Source of the DNA: Octopus sinensis
Taxonomy: Eukaryota
Length of the DNA: 28,518 nucleotides
Direction of reading: 5' to 3'
NCBI RefSeq assembly: GCF_006345805.1
Contig: NW_021833522.1
Span: 1 to 28,518, forward strand
The translations under genes were made by a program, and so were the position numbers. A model generated the notes under the pieces. The model saw only the letters and a list, made by a program, of their open reading frames with translations. It had not been told where the DNA came from and made no database searches. This document shows, one piece after another, positions 9,020 to 20,058 of the stretch; within the stretch, counting starts at the first letter, position 1, and each line of letters opens with the position of its first letter.

Positions 9020-9430
9020 ACAAATAGCTTAGCGGTATTTCGCACCGTCGCTACGTTCTGAGTTCAAATTCCGCCGAGGTAGATGAAAAAAATACCTATT
9101 TCTTTACTACTCACAAGGGGCTAAACACAGAGGGGACGAACAAGGACAGACACACGGATTAAGTCGATTACATCGACCTCAGTGCGTAACAGGTACTTAT
9201 TTAATCAACCCCGAAAGGATGAAAGGCAAAGTCGACCTCGGCGGAATTTGAACTCAGAACATAACGGCAGACGAAATACGGCTACGCATTTCGCCCGGCG
9301 TGCTAACGTTTCAGCCAGCTCGCCGCCTTAGTAGATGAAAAAAATACCAGTTATGCACTGGAGTCGATGTAATTGATTATCCCCCACCCCCAAATTTCAC
9401 GGCTTGAGCCTATACTAGAAAGGGTTATTA
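9020..9430 (+). mobile_element. SINE family A copy (host), interrupted by an antisense family A copy
   Basis: 5' part 9020-9080, 3' part 9349-9430, ending in a (TTA) tail. Confidence 0.8.
9097..9330 (-). mobile_element. Full-length SINE family A copy with 18-bp target site duplication
   Basis: GTAGATGAAAAAAATACC at 9079-9096 and 9331-9348. The sequence between is the reverse complement of head plus one unit. Confidence 0.9.
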
Positions 9431-9435
9431 TTATT

Positions 9436-9661
9436 TCATTTTATCACAGGTTTTGTTGGAGCTCCTGGAGTCTTTCTTGCGTAGCGGGCTTACTACCTGC
9501 AGCCTACGGTACTATGCTATCCATTCTTTTCAGCTATATAATACTTCACTGATTATTCTGGCCGTGCCAAGGAACCAAACCTATTGTAACAGTTCTACTG
9601 GATTCTCTATTCCAATTTCCTTTATATTCCTCTTGATAACTTCTGATACTTTACCTATTAC

Positions 9662-9664
<3 letters not shown>
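9436..9664 (-). mobile_element. R4/Dong-type LINE 3' fragment (divergent family)
   Basis: Translates to ...IGKVSEVIKRNIKEIGIENPVELLQ*VWFLGTARIISEVLYS*, equivalent to the LLGTAHILRRTLS terminus of the copies at 11048-12206. Flanked by (ATT)n on both sides. Confidence 0.7.
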
Positions 9665-9707
<43 letters not shown>

Positions 9708-10226
9708 GAGTGAGAGAGCAGTTCATGCCATCAAAGTGACACTGGGGTACAAATATACGAAGCCCAGTATACCCATCATGACTACCCGACTGATAAGGGT
9801 ACACCAGGCACATGCATTACAACCATATGTGCACGACATGGTGATCTCATAACAAGATAAACAGCGCATGACCTTGCGGGTGGGGCCCAGTTAGAATTTA
9901 CTTCTGGTTGGGTAACCCATCCCACTCAAAAGGTCCCTGATTAAGGGTTGTTTAAGGATGTTGAATGAAACACCCATGTTTCCAGAGGTGAATCATTCAA
10001 ACCCCAAAGAATCCCTCTCAACACATGGCTATGATGCTCCCCCACTACTTCTACTCGTGATCAGAGATGCACATATCGTCAGCCACTAAGGGACATGCTC
10101 AACTGGTTACGGTCAAACAACTGACAAGCAAATCTGTGGTATTGAGCAGAATATTTGCTGTAGCCCATCTTTTATACCAAGACAAAACAATGTACATGAT
10201 AACACTTCCAGTCAGTTAAGATCAGA
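9708..10226 (-). mobile_element. Non-coding retroposed element (probable LINE 3' UTR or SINE) inserted in (ATT)n
   Basis: About 520 bp of complex sequence bounded by (ATT)n arrays. The minus strand ends ...CTCTCACTC|AATAATAAT, like the Dong copies. Family not assigned. Confidence 0.5.
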
Positions 10227-10291
10227 ATATTATTATTATTATTATCATTATTATTATTATTATTATTGCTGCTGCTGCTGCTGCTGTTGTT

Positions 10292-10972
10292 AAGGTAGTG
10301 AACTTGCAGAACCGTTAGTGTGTCAGACGAAATGCCGTTATGGATTTCGTCCGTTTTTACGTTATGAGTTCAAATTCCGCCGAGGTCGACTTCGTCTTTC
10401 ATCCTTTCGGGATCGATAAAATATTTACCAGTTGAGCCTTGAGGGTCGATGTAATTGGCTTACCCCTTTCCCGTAATTACTGGCCTTGTGCCAAAACTTT
10501 GAAACATTATTATTATTATTGTTGTTGTTAAGTCGGCGAGCTGGTGGAATTGTTAACATGCCGGCTAAAATGCTTACCGGCATTTCGTTCGTCTTTATGT
10601 TCCGAGTTCAAATTTCGTCGTGGTCGACTTAACTTTTCAACATTCTGGGGTCGATAAAATAAGTACCAGTTGAACACCGAGGTCGATGTAATCGACTTAG
10701 CTCCTTTCTCGAAATTGTTGGCATTGTGCCAAAATCTGAAACCATTGTTATTGTTGTTGTTTTTGTTAAGATGGTGAGTTACTTGAAACGTTAGCGCATC
10801 GGACGAAATCTTAGCGGTATTTCTTCCGGCTCGTTACATTCCGAGTTCAAATGACGCCGAAGTCAACTTCGTCTTTCGCCTTTTGTTGCAAAGTAAGTAC
10901 CAGTTGAGTACTGGCTTTGTTGTAGTCAACTATTCACTTATTCCTAAATTTGATGTGTCTAGAGCACAAAGA
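10292..10972 (+). mobile_element. Three head-to-tail diverged SINE family A copies separated by (ATT)n/(GTT)n tails
   Basis: Copies at about 10292-10506, 10530-10744 and 10768-10972, each preceded by TTGTTAAG. Confidence 0.85.
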
Positions 10973-11019
10973 ATTATTATTATTATTATCATCATTATTA
11001 TTATTATTATTATTATTAA

Positions 11020-11047
<28 letters not shown>

Positions 11048-11050
<3 letters not shown>

Positions 11051-11400
11051 TAGTTTTATTTTTATAGCGTGCTTTCACTTCACTACCGAGCGCAGCTCTG
11101 TGTGCCTGGGTATGTGCTGTGATTTGTTGTGATGCTCTGATGGTTATTGTATGGAAAGTGTTCTGCGTAGGATGTGTGCAGTGCCTAGTAGTGCAATTTT
11201 CTGTATGTTATATGTGTTTGTAAGTCCTGGTGTTTTTGTTATGTATTTGTCTGAATATTTTTTTATCATGCCTAATGCACCTACTATGATAGGAATTGTT
11301 TCTGTTTTCAGGTTCCACATTCTAGTTATCTCTATTTCCAGGTCTTTGTATTTTGAGAGTTTCTCCATTTCTTTTAGAGACACGTTGTCATCTGCCGGTA
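11048..11400 (-). mobile_element. R4/Dong-type LINE, 5'-truncated copy a
   Basis: ORF 11144-11383 (KLSKYKDLEIEITRMW...IIVGALG...LLGTAHILRRTLSIQ*) is the C-terminus of the restriction-like endonuclease domain. The 3' UTR ends in (AAT)n on the element strand. Confidence 0.9.
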
Positions 11401-11424
11401 TTGATTATTATTATTATTATTATT

Positions 11425-11724
11425 CAGTAGTTTTATTTTTATTTTTATAGCGTGCTTTCACTTCACTACCGAGCGCAGCTCTGTGTGCCTTGGGTATGTG
11501 CTGTGATTTGTTGTGATGCTCTGATGGTTATTGTATGGAAAGTGTTCTGCGTAGGATGTGTGCAGTGCCTAGTAGTGCAATTTTCTGTATGTTATATGTG
11601 TTTGTAAGTCCTGGTGTTTTTGTTATGTATTTGTCTGAATATTTTTTTATCATGCCTAATGCACCTACTATGATAGGAATTGTTTCTGTTTTCAGATTCC
11701 ACATTCTAGTTACCTCTATTTCCA
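11425..11724 (-). mobile_element. R4/Dong-type LINE, 5'-truncated copy b
   Basis: Near-identical to copies a and c, with a different 5' truncation point; (ATT)n on both sides. Confidence 0.9.
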
Positions 11725-11750
11725 TTATTTCTATTATTATTATTATTATT

Positions 11751-12206
11751 CAGTAGTTTTATTTTTATTTTTATAGCGTGCTTTCACTTCACTACCGAGC
11801 GCAGCTCTGTGTGCCTTGGGTATGTGCTGTGATTTGTTGTGATGCTCTGATGGTTATTGTATGGAAAGTGTTCTGCGTAGGATGTGTGCAGTGCCTAGTA
11901 GTGCAATTTTCTGTATGTTATATGTGTTTGTAAGTCCTGGTGTTTTTGTTATGTATTTGTCTGAATATTTTTTTATCATGCCTAATGCACCTACTATGAT
12001 AGGAATTGTTTCTGTTTTCAGATTCCACATTCTAGTTACCTCTATTTCAGGTCTTTGTATTTTGAGAGTTTCTCCATTTCTTTTAGAGACACGTTGTCAT
12101 CTGCCGGTACTGATACATCAATTAGAAAGCATTTTTTTTCTTCATGGTCTCTGTCTGACAACTATATCTGGTCTGTGGCCTAATTTCTCTATCTGTGTGT
12201 ATCGGC
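11751..12206 (-). mobile_element. R4/Dong-type LINE, 5'-truncated copy c
   Basis: Extends further 5' to the frameshifted PIHTDREI...PDIVV...CFLIDVSVP region; (ATT)n on both sides. Confidence 0.9.
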
Positions 12207-12210
12207 ATTA

Positions 12211-12243
<33 letters not shown>

Positions 12244-12337
12244 GTTATGGTATTATTATTATTGTTATTGTTATTGTTATTATTATGTTATTGTTATTGT
12301 TATTATTATTGTTATTGTTATTGTTATTATTATTATT
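12207..12337. repeat. (ATT)n/(GTTATT)n microsatellite
   Basis: Read directly from the sequence. Confidence 0.95.
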
Positions 12338-14651
12338 CTATGTTTGACTTTTGCTTTATATTTGTACAAGTTGGCTCCAAGTCTCACCCAGAGACCTTAG
12401 AGACAACAGGGTTGGAAGTTCATGTTGCTGTTATGCCTAGTGTGCCATATATTTGGGGGGGGGGATGTTTGTACTAATGAATGTCTAAAAAAAAAAAATT
12501 TTTTTTTTTTTTTTTTTTTTAAACCGAAAATTATGGTTGTTTTAAACCTTGAGGTTACATAGAGAGTATTTTGCGTAGGATATGAGCAGTTCCCATGAGC
12601 ACTATCTTTTGAACTTCTGCCATTTTTGGGTTTCCTGGTATCTGAGTTAGGTAGCTATCAGCCCCTTTTGCTATCATTCCCAGGGCACCTATGACAACAG
12701 GTATTGTTTTAGTCTTCAGCTTCCACCACTTTTTGCTGATTTCTATTTCAAGATCTTTATATTTGCTCAGTTTTTGGTAGGTCCTGACAGATACGTTTAT
12801 ATCGATTGGGACAGTCATATCAATGAGGAGGCATGTTCTTTGTTTGAAGTCTTTCAATATGATGTCTGGCCTATTTGCATCTATCTTCCTGTCAGTTTGA
12901 ATGGTGAAGTTCCAGAGGAGTGAGATGTGGTCATTTTCAAGCACTGGGGTGGTTTGTGTTCCCACCAGTTTTTCTCATGGGGCAACTCCAGGTTTTTACA
13001 GATTACCCAGTGAATATATTGTGCAGCTCTATCGTGCCTGTTTGAATACTCTGTAGGCGCTAGAAGACTGCACTTGGAGACCACATGGTCAATGGTTTCA
13101 TTTTGTTGCTTGCATACACGACACGTTGGACTGCTTCTGATCTTTAATATGTTGGCCTGGTAGTTTCTTGTTGGTAGGCATTGATCTTGAGCTGCTATGA
13201 TAAACCCCTCTGTTTCAGATTTAAGCCAGAGGCCATTAGCCATTGATGGTCAGGGCTTTGTCGATATCTGCATTATTCGCTCTCTTTTGGTATTTGCCGT
13301 TAGAGATTTTTTTCTTGCCATTTATTATTCAGAATATCTAAGGCCGCAGTTTTGGCACGGGTTTTCATGCGCCTAGCTTTTTCTGTGCTTGTTTCTTGTA
13401 TGTCTATCTCTAATTTCCGAATTGGTTGTATTCGGAATTCACTTAGATATTCCTTTGCCTGTTTTGTTACTGAGTATGATGCTTTCTTGTTTTCATGTTT
13501 TGAGACAAGTTTTAACATCCAGTCCTCAGAGTTTTTCAGGTAGGTGTCTAGGCCAATTGTAGCAATCTTCATTGTTATTGCCAGTTGCAAAAGACCACGG
13601 CCTCCCTCTTTTCTTGGCAGATAGAGTCGTTCTGTATCTGCCTTAGGGTGGTGCATTCTATGCATTGTCAACAGTTTCCTTATTTTTCTGTCGAGCTGAC
13701 ATATTCAGTAATTGACCAGTTAACAATATGAAACTGTAAGTCACGACTGGTATAGCTAATGCATTGATTGCTTCGATCCTGTTTCTTGCATTCAGCTCTG
13801 TCTTGAGTATTGCTCTCACTCTTCGATAGCATTCTCTCCTGATCCTTTCCTTCATCTGAATGCCTTATTCCGTTCCCTTCAATTACCCCTAGGTACTTGT
13901 AGCTCTCCGCTGGGTCTAGTTCTTTTATGACATTCTGTTGGTCAAGGTTAACGTTAGATGTTTCTGTCATTTTTCCTTTGATAAAGGTAGCCTTTGCACA
14001 TTTATCGAGGCCGAATTGCATCTGATGTCGTCACTGAATTGTTTGACTATCGCTAGTAAGCCCTGAGTGTTTTGATCATTTTTTGCAAAAAGCTTTAAAT
14101 CATCCATGTAACGAGATGATTTATATTTTTATCAAACATTTTATACCCTACTGCGCGTCATTGAGCAACTTTGAGAGAGGTATTAAGGATAAACAAAAGA
14201 GGAGTGGTGACAGTGAGTCACCCTGAAAATGCCACACGAAATTTTTACATCACCAGCATTTAGGGATTCACTGTCACTGTTCAGAGTTGTGTGGTTCTCC
14301 ATGATCTCATACTTACAGTCAAGAAGTTTCGCAGAGTTGGTGCTATCTTATACATTTCAAGGCATTTCCTAATCCAGCTATGTGGTAGGCTATCAAAAGC
14401 CTTTTAATAGTCTATCCAGGCTATTGATAAGTTTTTGTGTCGTTTGTGACAATCTTCTAAGATCATCTTATTGATGAGTAGTTGGTCTTTACAGCCGTAG
14501 ATCCACGTTTACATCCTTTCTGTTCATTAGGGATATGCTGCTGTCTGTTAAAAAACTATAGGTATATTCCGTCAGGACAGATGTTAGAGTTTTGTACATA
14601 GTTGTTAAGCAGGTTATGGGTCTATAGTTTTTTGGTTCATTGTTTCTTCAC
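12338..14651 (-). mobile_element. R4/Dong-clade non-LTR retrotransposon, 5'-truncated and frameshifted: reverse transcriptase, CCHC knuckle and restriction-like endonuclease
   Basis: NYRPITCL, EQKGC, WIDY*KAFDS, QGDSLSPLLF (14205-14225), YMDD (14099-14110), CRVCKQQNETIDHVVSKC, RHD, RPDII (12858-12872) and KLSKYKDL motifs. Stop codon at 12555. Flanked by (ATT)n at both ends. Confidence 0.93.
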
Positions 14652-14758
14652 TATTATTATTATTATCAGTATTATTATTATCATTATTATTATTATTATT
14701 ATTATTACTATTATTATTATTATTAATTATTATTATTATTATTATAATTATAATTATA

Positions 14759-14800
<42 letters not shown>
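14652..14800. repeat. (ATT)n microsatellite
   Basis: Read directly from the sequence. Confidence 0.95.
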
Positions 14801-14802
<2 letters not shown>

Positions 14803-15741
14803 ATTCAAAGATAGGAAATGCTGAAACATTCAAAATTAAACCGGAATAAACTGTGTTTCTTTCCAAGTGAAACGATGACATCAGTCATCGGTCTTTCACA
14901 AAAGGTAGCCTGAGGTTATACTGTTTTAGCGCTTGCTAGTTTGTTGCTTCACTCAATAGATGGTTAATCCTTTCGTCTCATTTTCCCACACATTCTGCGT
15001 TTGTTCTCTGATTGATTCTTGAGTGCATTTTACAAAGTTAACAATGTTGCAAGCATTTCAGCCATGCTTCTGGTTATAAAATCGTCTTAGGAGATCCCGA
15101 AAAGAGTTATTGATACTGTCTTTTATACATGAGCTAAGCTAAGGTTTTAGATAAATTATATTATCGTGTGATCTTCATTTTCTAAAACGATATACCCAAA
15201 CTTCAGCGGTCTGCTTGTTCATATCTGATTTGATCATATATCTGATAAGCTACAGCAATACGGACATGGACAAAAACAAATAAACAGTAAAATGAGTACG
15301 AACCAATGAAGAAACATATGGCAAAGTAACTAGAAATAAGAAAAACAACAGAGTTTAAGGGACGTTAACAGTTGCTATTATTAGGGTGGCGCTCATATTG
15401 AATGAAGAAATTAGAATGTGAAAGTATAACGTTTCGGACATGATCTCTCGTCGGATATATATGTACGTGTAAGGTCACCGTGGTCAGTGTGGAAGCCGTG
15501 GATGCGAACGCGGGTGAAATCGACTGCAGGTGCAATAACCTCATGTACGAGTATTTTGGCATTTTGCATGGGCAATAGTCAGTAATAGACTTCTTTGGAT
15601 CAGGAGTGGACAACCATCATATATGCTTTCAGCTATTTGAATCTGACAACTCGCCTATACTGCTAAGCGCTTTATAGGTGCGAAACCAATGGTCACTCTA
15701 TCACTGGACGTAATTTATAACTTCCTAAAATACACACATAT

Positions 15742-16895
15742 TTCTTTTCTATCTGTTTTATTTTTGTAGTCTCAGCTCAGAGCTGTAGCCATACTAGGAC
15801 ACTGCCGTTTTGCTATACTGTTATTACTGTATTAGGCGGCGAGCTGGCAGAAACGTTAGCGCGCCGGGCGAAATGCTTAGCGGTATCTCGTCTGTCGTTA
15901 CGTTCTGAGTTCGAATTCCGCCGAGGTCAAATTTGCCTTTCATCCTTTCGGGGTCGATAAATAAAGTACCAGTTTCGCACTATGTAATCGACTTAATCCG
16001 TTTGTCTGACCTTGCTTGTCCCTTCTATGTTTAGCCCCTTGTGGGCAGTAAAGAATTATATACTGTTATTACTGGGAGCCTCCTCTAATTTGTGGCACTT
16101 GGTGAAGAATGGAGTTTGATATCCTTACCCTTATTTGCACCTCTTGCCGTGAGGTAGGTTCATCTGGGACTCTTGACAGGAAGAGGTCCAGTTTTGATTT
16201 GAAAATACCTACATCCACTTTGGGAGAATATTAAAAAGCTGTGGATCCCTGAAGCACGATGGCATTGCTGGGATCTTTGGCACTGTGAAGTGTCGACCCG
16301 TTCTGGCAGTGGTGTGGCTTTCAATGCCAAAATTTGGCACAATTACTTCCAGGATCTTCCAGATGTATACTACTGCATACCTCTCCCGCTCTCCGCTCCA
16401 GGGACATAGAGTCTTAGCAATTTCAGCCTTCCCCAGTAGCTGAGCTGTTGCAATGAGACGATCTTCTTTGTGAGGCTTCGCTAGATTGCTTCAAGGTCCG
16501 CTATTAATTTTACACTGTTGGGTAACCATAGCTGTTGGGTGACCAGGTGGCTGTGGACGAATGTCCTCCAGACCATCATGTTTTCCTTATCTATCCAGCC
16601 AGTCGTCTGCACTTTGTCGCCATCCTGGTATTGTACACTTGGAAAGAGGTATCATCATTTATGTCGATACCCCGGTCCCTCACTGATTTAGGCTCTAGGA
16701 TCGTAATCACCAGTGTATCCAGTAAAGTTTTATATTAAGCTTTTGGTGCTGGTAGCGAAGGGCTGGGAAATTTTCAGCATTAAACTGCATATTATTATCC
16801 TCATCCCATCTGTAAAATGGGTCCAACTCCTGCTGCAGGTGTGCAATATCACTGGGGTCTGTATTTTCTGCGATACTTTTGTATCGTCTGCGTAG
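15742..16895 (-). mobile_element. Degenerate CR1/L2-like LINE 3' portion, interrupted by a SINE at 15830-16058
   Basis: YADD at 16883-16894, followed across frameshifts by ..HLQQELDPFYRWDEDNNMQFNAE.., SLERR-ERYAVVYIWKILE and KSKLDLFLSRVPDEP. 3' tail at 15769-15806. Confidence 0.8.
15830..16058 (+). mobile_element. Full-length SINE family A copy with 16-bp target site duplication
   Basis: TATACTGTTATTACTG at 15814-15829 and 16059-16074. Confidence 0.9.
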
Positions 16896-16896
<1 letters not shown>

Positions 16897-16946
<50 letters not shown>

Positions 16947-17006
16947 GTATTGTAAATATATACATATATATATATGATGGCATATGATTGTCTATCTATC
17001 TATCTA

Positions 17007-17053
<47 letters not shown>

Positions 17054-17054
17054 A

Positions 17055-17130
<76 letters not shown>
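16897..17130. repeat. (TA)n and (TCTA)n microsatellites
   Basis: Read directly from the sequence. Confidence 0.95.
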
Positions 17131-17549
17131 AATAAATAAATAAATGCGTGCGTAGTAATCATATTTAAGAATGAAAGGATATATTATACATATGGAAAGA
17201 CACAAATGTAGGAGAATATATGAATATATTTAATACACGCACACATATACACACATACACACACATACACACGCAGTACAAACGCACGGAGACCCACACT
17301 TTTAAGCATACAAGAACAAGAAAGCATTTATATACATACGTAGGCTTAGGTACATTAGACAGTGTCAAAATTAATTAATCAACAATATTCATGCTTATAT
17401 GCATACAGCATACACACGCTTGTATGTTTGTCTGTCTATATGATTATCTTATACAAACTCTCTCTCACACACACACATATACGTATTATATGAGTATATA
17501 TGAGTATATATATATATAGTATGTATGACTATATACATAAATATATATT

Positions 17550-17552
17550 CAC

Positions 17553-17611
<59 letters not shown>

Positions 17612-17873
17612 CACGCACCACACACAGAAATGCAAACACACATACACCTACAAATGTGTATTGAAGTATATATACATTTACATATCTCAATATGCACATA
17701 TACATGCATATATCTATCTATCTATTTATATATATATGAGCGTGTGTGTGTATTATTTATGTATATGTGTATATATATATAAATATGCATGTGCGCGTGT
17801 TTGTGTATATACATATATGTGCGTGTATGTGTTGTGTGCATATATACGCATACATACATATATACATACATAC

Positions 17874-17904
<31 letters not shown>

Positions 17905-17950
17905 CATACATACATACATACATACATACATACATACATACATACATACA
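17550..17950. repeat. (TA)n and (TACA)n microsatellite field
   Basis: Read directly from the sequence. Confidence 0.9.
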
Positions 17951-18383
17951 TTCAATGCGTACGTCTTTATGTATTATGAATATATATGTTTCAATATTCC
18001 AGCATGGAACTATCCATGCATATCAAATATCTCTCCAATACTGGCTAGCATTTCAAGATTGTTGTCCATCACAGCCCACGTTTAGCGCTAACAATTTGTT
18101 TAAATCTCTCTGGTCAGTCGCTGGACAACGATGACTTTACTTCTGCTGAGTGATTAATAAAATGATTAATATACAGCTCAATGTCTACTGTATGCTAGAA
18201 TCTGTACAGAGACCATTTAAGGAAGATTTACGTAGGCTTTATTGAGCGATTTTCTGAAGCCTCTACTGGGCAATAGAAGGCTGTCTATGTAAATTTATAC
18301 TTTCTGTTCTGAAGATATCACAGAAGTTTGGGACCAACGTTAATGTACATTCATGAGACAAGTTATGTATGTATGTATGTATG

Positions 18384-18500
<117 letters not shown>

Positions 18501-18848
18501 GTTTCTTTATTAGCCACACAGGGCTGCACACAGACAGAACAAATTACAAGGTAGAGCTTTTCTTTTGGGGGTAAAAAAAAAGGGGGGTTGGTTTTCGATC
18601 AAAAAGGATCGTAAAAGGAAAGAAAGAGGACAAAAAAGGGGAGGATTTAAAAAAAAAGGGGTGAGAGGGGAAAAAAAAGAAAAGGGGAGAGGAAAAAAAA
18701 GTTGATCAATAGGGATCGTAATCACAGAAATGTCAATATGAAGTGTAAAGGGGAGGACAGGTGAGGTTTACCCGTGGAAAGAAAAGCCTACAGAAAAGAC
18801 CACGGTAACCTCGGTCAATGAAGTCACATGTTATATTTCTTTCTTTTT

Positions 18849-18850
<2 letters not shown>
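18501..18850 (-). mobile_element. Probable LINE 3' UTR fragment (L1/Tx1-like) inserted in (TCTA)n
   Basis: The minus strand ends ...CCCTGTGTGGCTAATAAAGAAAC directly followed by (AGAT)n. (TCTA)n arrays lie on both sides (18384-18500 and 18851-18905). No ORF. Confidence 0.45.
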
Positions 18851-18908
<58 letters not shown>

Positions 18909-18917
18909 ATTTATCTA

Positions 18918-18948
<31 letters not shown>

Positions 18949-19020
18949 GCCTGCCTGCCTGTCTGCCTGTCTGCCTGTCTGTCTGTCTGTATGTATGTAT
19001 GTATGTCTTTCTCTCTCTCC

Positions 19021-19161
19021 AAGTAGATTGCTCACCAGCCACACGCTTCCGGGTTCAGTCCCATGCGTGATACCTTAGGTAAGTGCCTACTGCTATAGTC
19101 TCGGGCTGACCATAGCCTTGTGATTGGATTTGGCTGACGGAAACTGAAAAAAAATCCGTTG

Positions 19162-19206
<45 letters not shown>

Positions 19207-19447
19207 ACGCGTGTGTATGTGTGTGTGTGTGTATGTGTTTGTGTGTGTCTGTGTTTGTCCCCCATCATCGCTTAACAACCGATGCTGTTGTGTTTACGTC
19301 CTCGTAACTTAGCGGTTCAGCAAAACTGTCTGATAGAATAAAGTACTCGACTTACAAAGAATAAGTCTTGGGGTAGATTTGTTCGACTAAACGCGGTGCT
19401 CTAGCATGGCCGCAGTCAAATGATTGAAACAAGTAAAAACAATAAGA
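19021..19447 (+). mobile_element. SINE family B, near full length, with internal (TA)n(GT)n spacer
   Basis: Head GGGTTCAGTCCC, core GATACCTTAGGTAAG, internal microsatellite at about 19142-19250, tail GCGGTGCTCTAGCATGGCCGCAGTCAAATGATTGAAAC. Confidence 0.88.
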
Positions 19448-19509
19448 TCTATCTAACTATCCATCTTTATGTGTGTGTGTGTGTGTGGTGTGTGTGTGTG
19501 TGTGTGCGT

Positions 19510-19690
19510 TTCTTCTATATTTTACTTGTTTATGTCATTGCATTGCAGCCATTGTTGGCATTGACTTGAGCAGTTCAGTCGAATAAATTGACTCCAGTAA
19601 TTATTTATTAAGTTTTAGAGCTTATTCAATCGTCTTGAAGTAACGGAGACGTGAACAAACCAGCACCGGTGGTGGGACAAATGCAAACAC
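19510..19690 (-). mobile_element. Diverged SINE family B 3' half
   Basis: Reverse complement resembles the family B tail and central segment. Confidence 0.6.
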
Positions 19691-20058
19691 GTACGCGCAC
19701 ACAAACACACACGTATACACATATACACACACATGCACACGCACACACGGACACACACACGCGCACGCACACACATACACACAGACATATATATATAATG
19801 AAAATATGGCACTGTGATACGACAATGAAAGACCTACATGTCGCAGACAAGGTGAACCCTCATCACTTGTGGACCGAATAACATCACTATTTTGACACAT
19901 CCAACAATACATACGTATACAGAAAGATTATATATTATATATATATAAGTGTGTGTGTGTGTGTATGTATATATATATATGTGTGTATGTGTGTGTGTTG
20001 TGTATCTATATATGTATGGATTGTCTCTCTGTTTTTTTCCGTCCTTGTTTTTGTATAG

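Noticed and set aside
11151-12400. Repeated plus-strand ORFs beginning MESVLRRMCAVPSS
   Set aside because: Antisense reading of the Dong copies a-c.
14868-14904. Candidate exon (TTTCTTTCCAAG|TG...AAG|GTAGCC)
   Set aside because: 37 nt, not symmetric, with a stop in phase 1.
15440-15620. GC-richer island with weak cadherin-like (VSVEAVDANAGE, plus strand) or GPCR TM3-like (AFASTASTLTTVTL, minus strand) peptides
   Set aside because: Short, motifs incomplete, and no convincing splice-site pair in a compatible phase. A tblastx search would settle it.
16806-16822. CATCTGTAAAATGGG resembling the mammalian MIR core
   Set aside because: Lies inside the RT-coding region of the CR1/L2-like fragment; a short chance match.
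19848-19881. Alternative terminal exon (GTCGCAG|AC AAG GTG AAC...GAA TAA)
   Set aside because: The acceptor lacks a polypyrimidine tract; the 20059 acceptor is far stronger.
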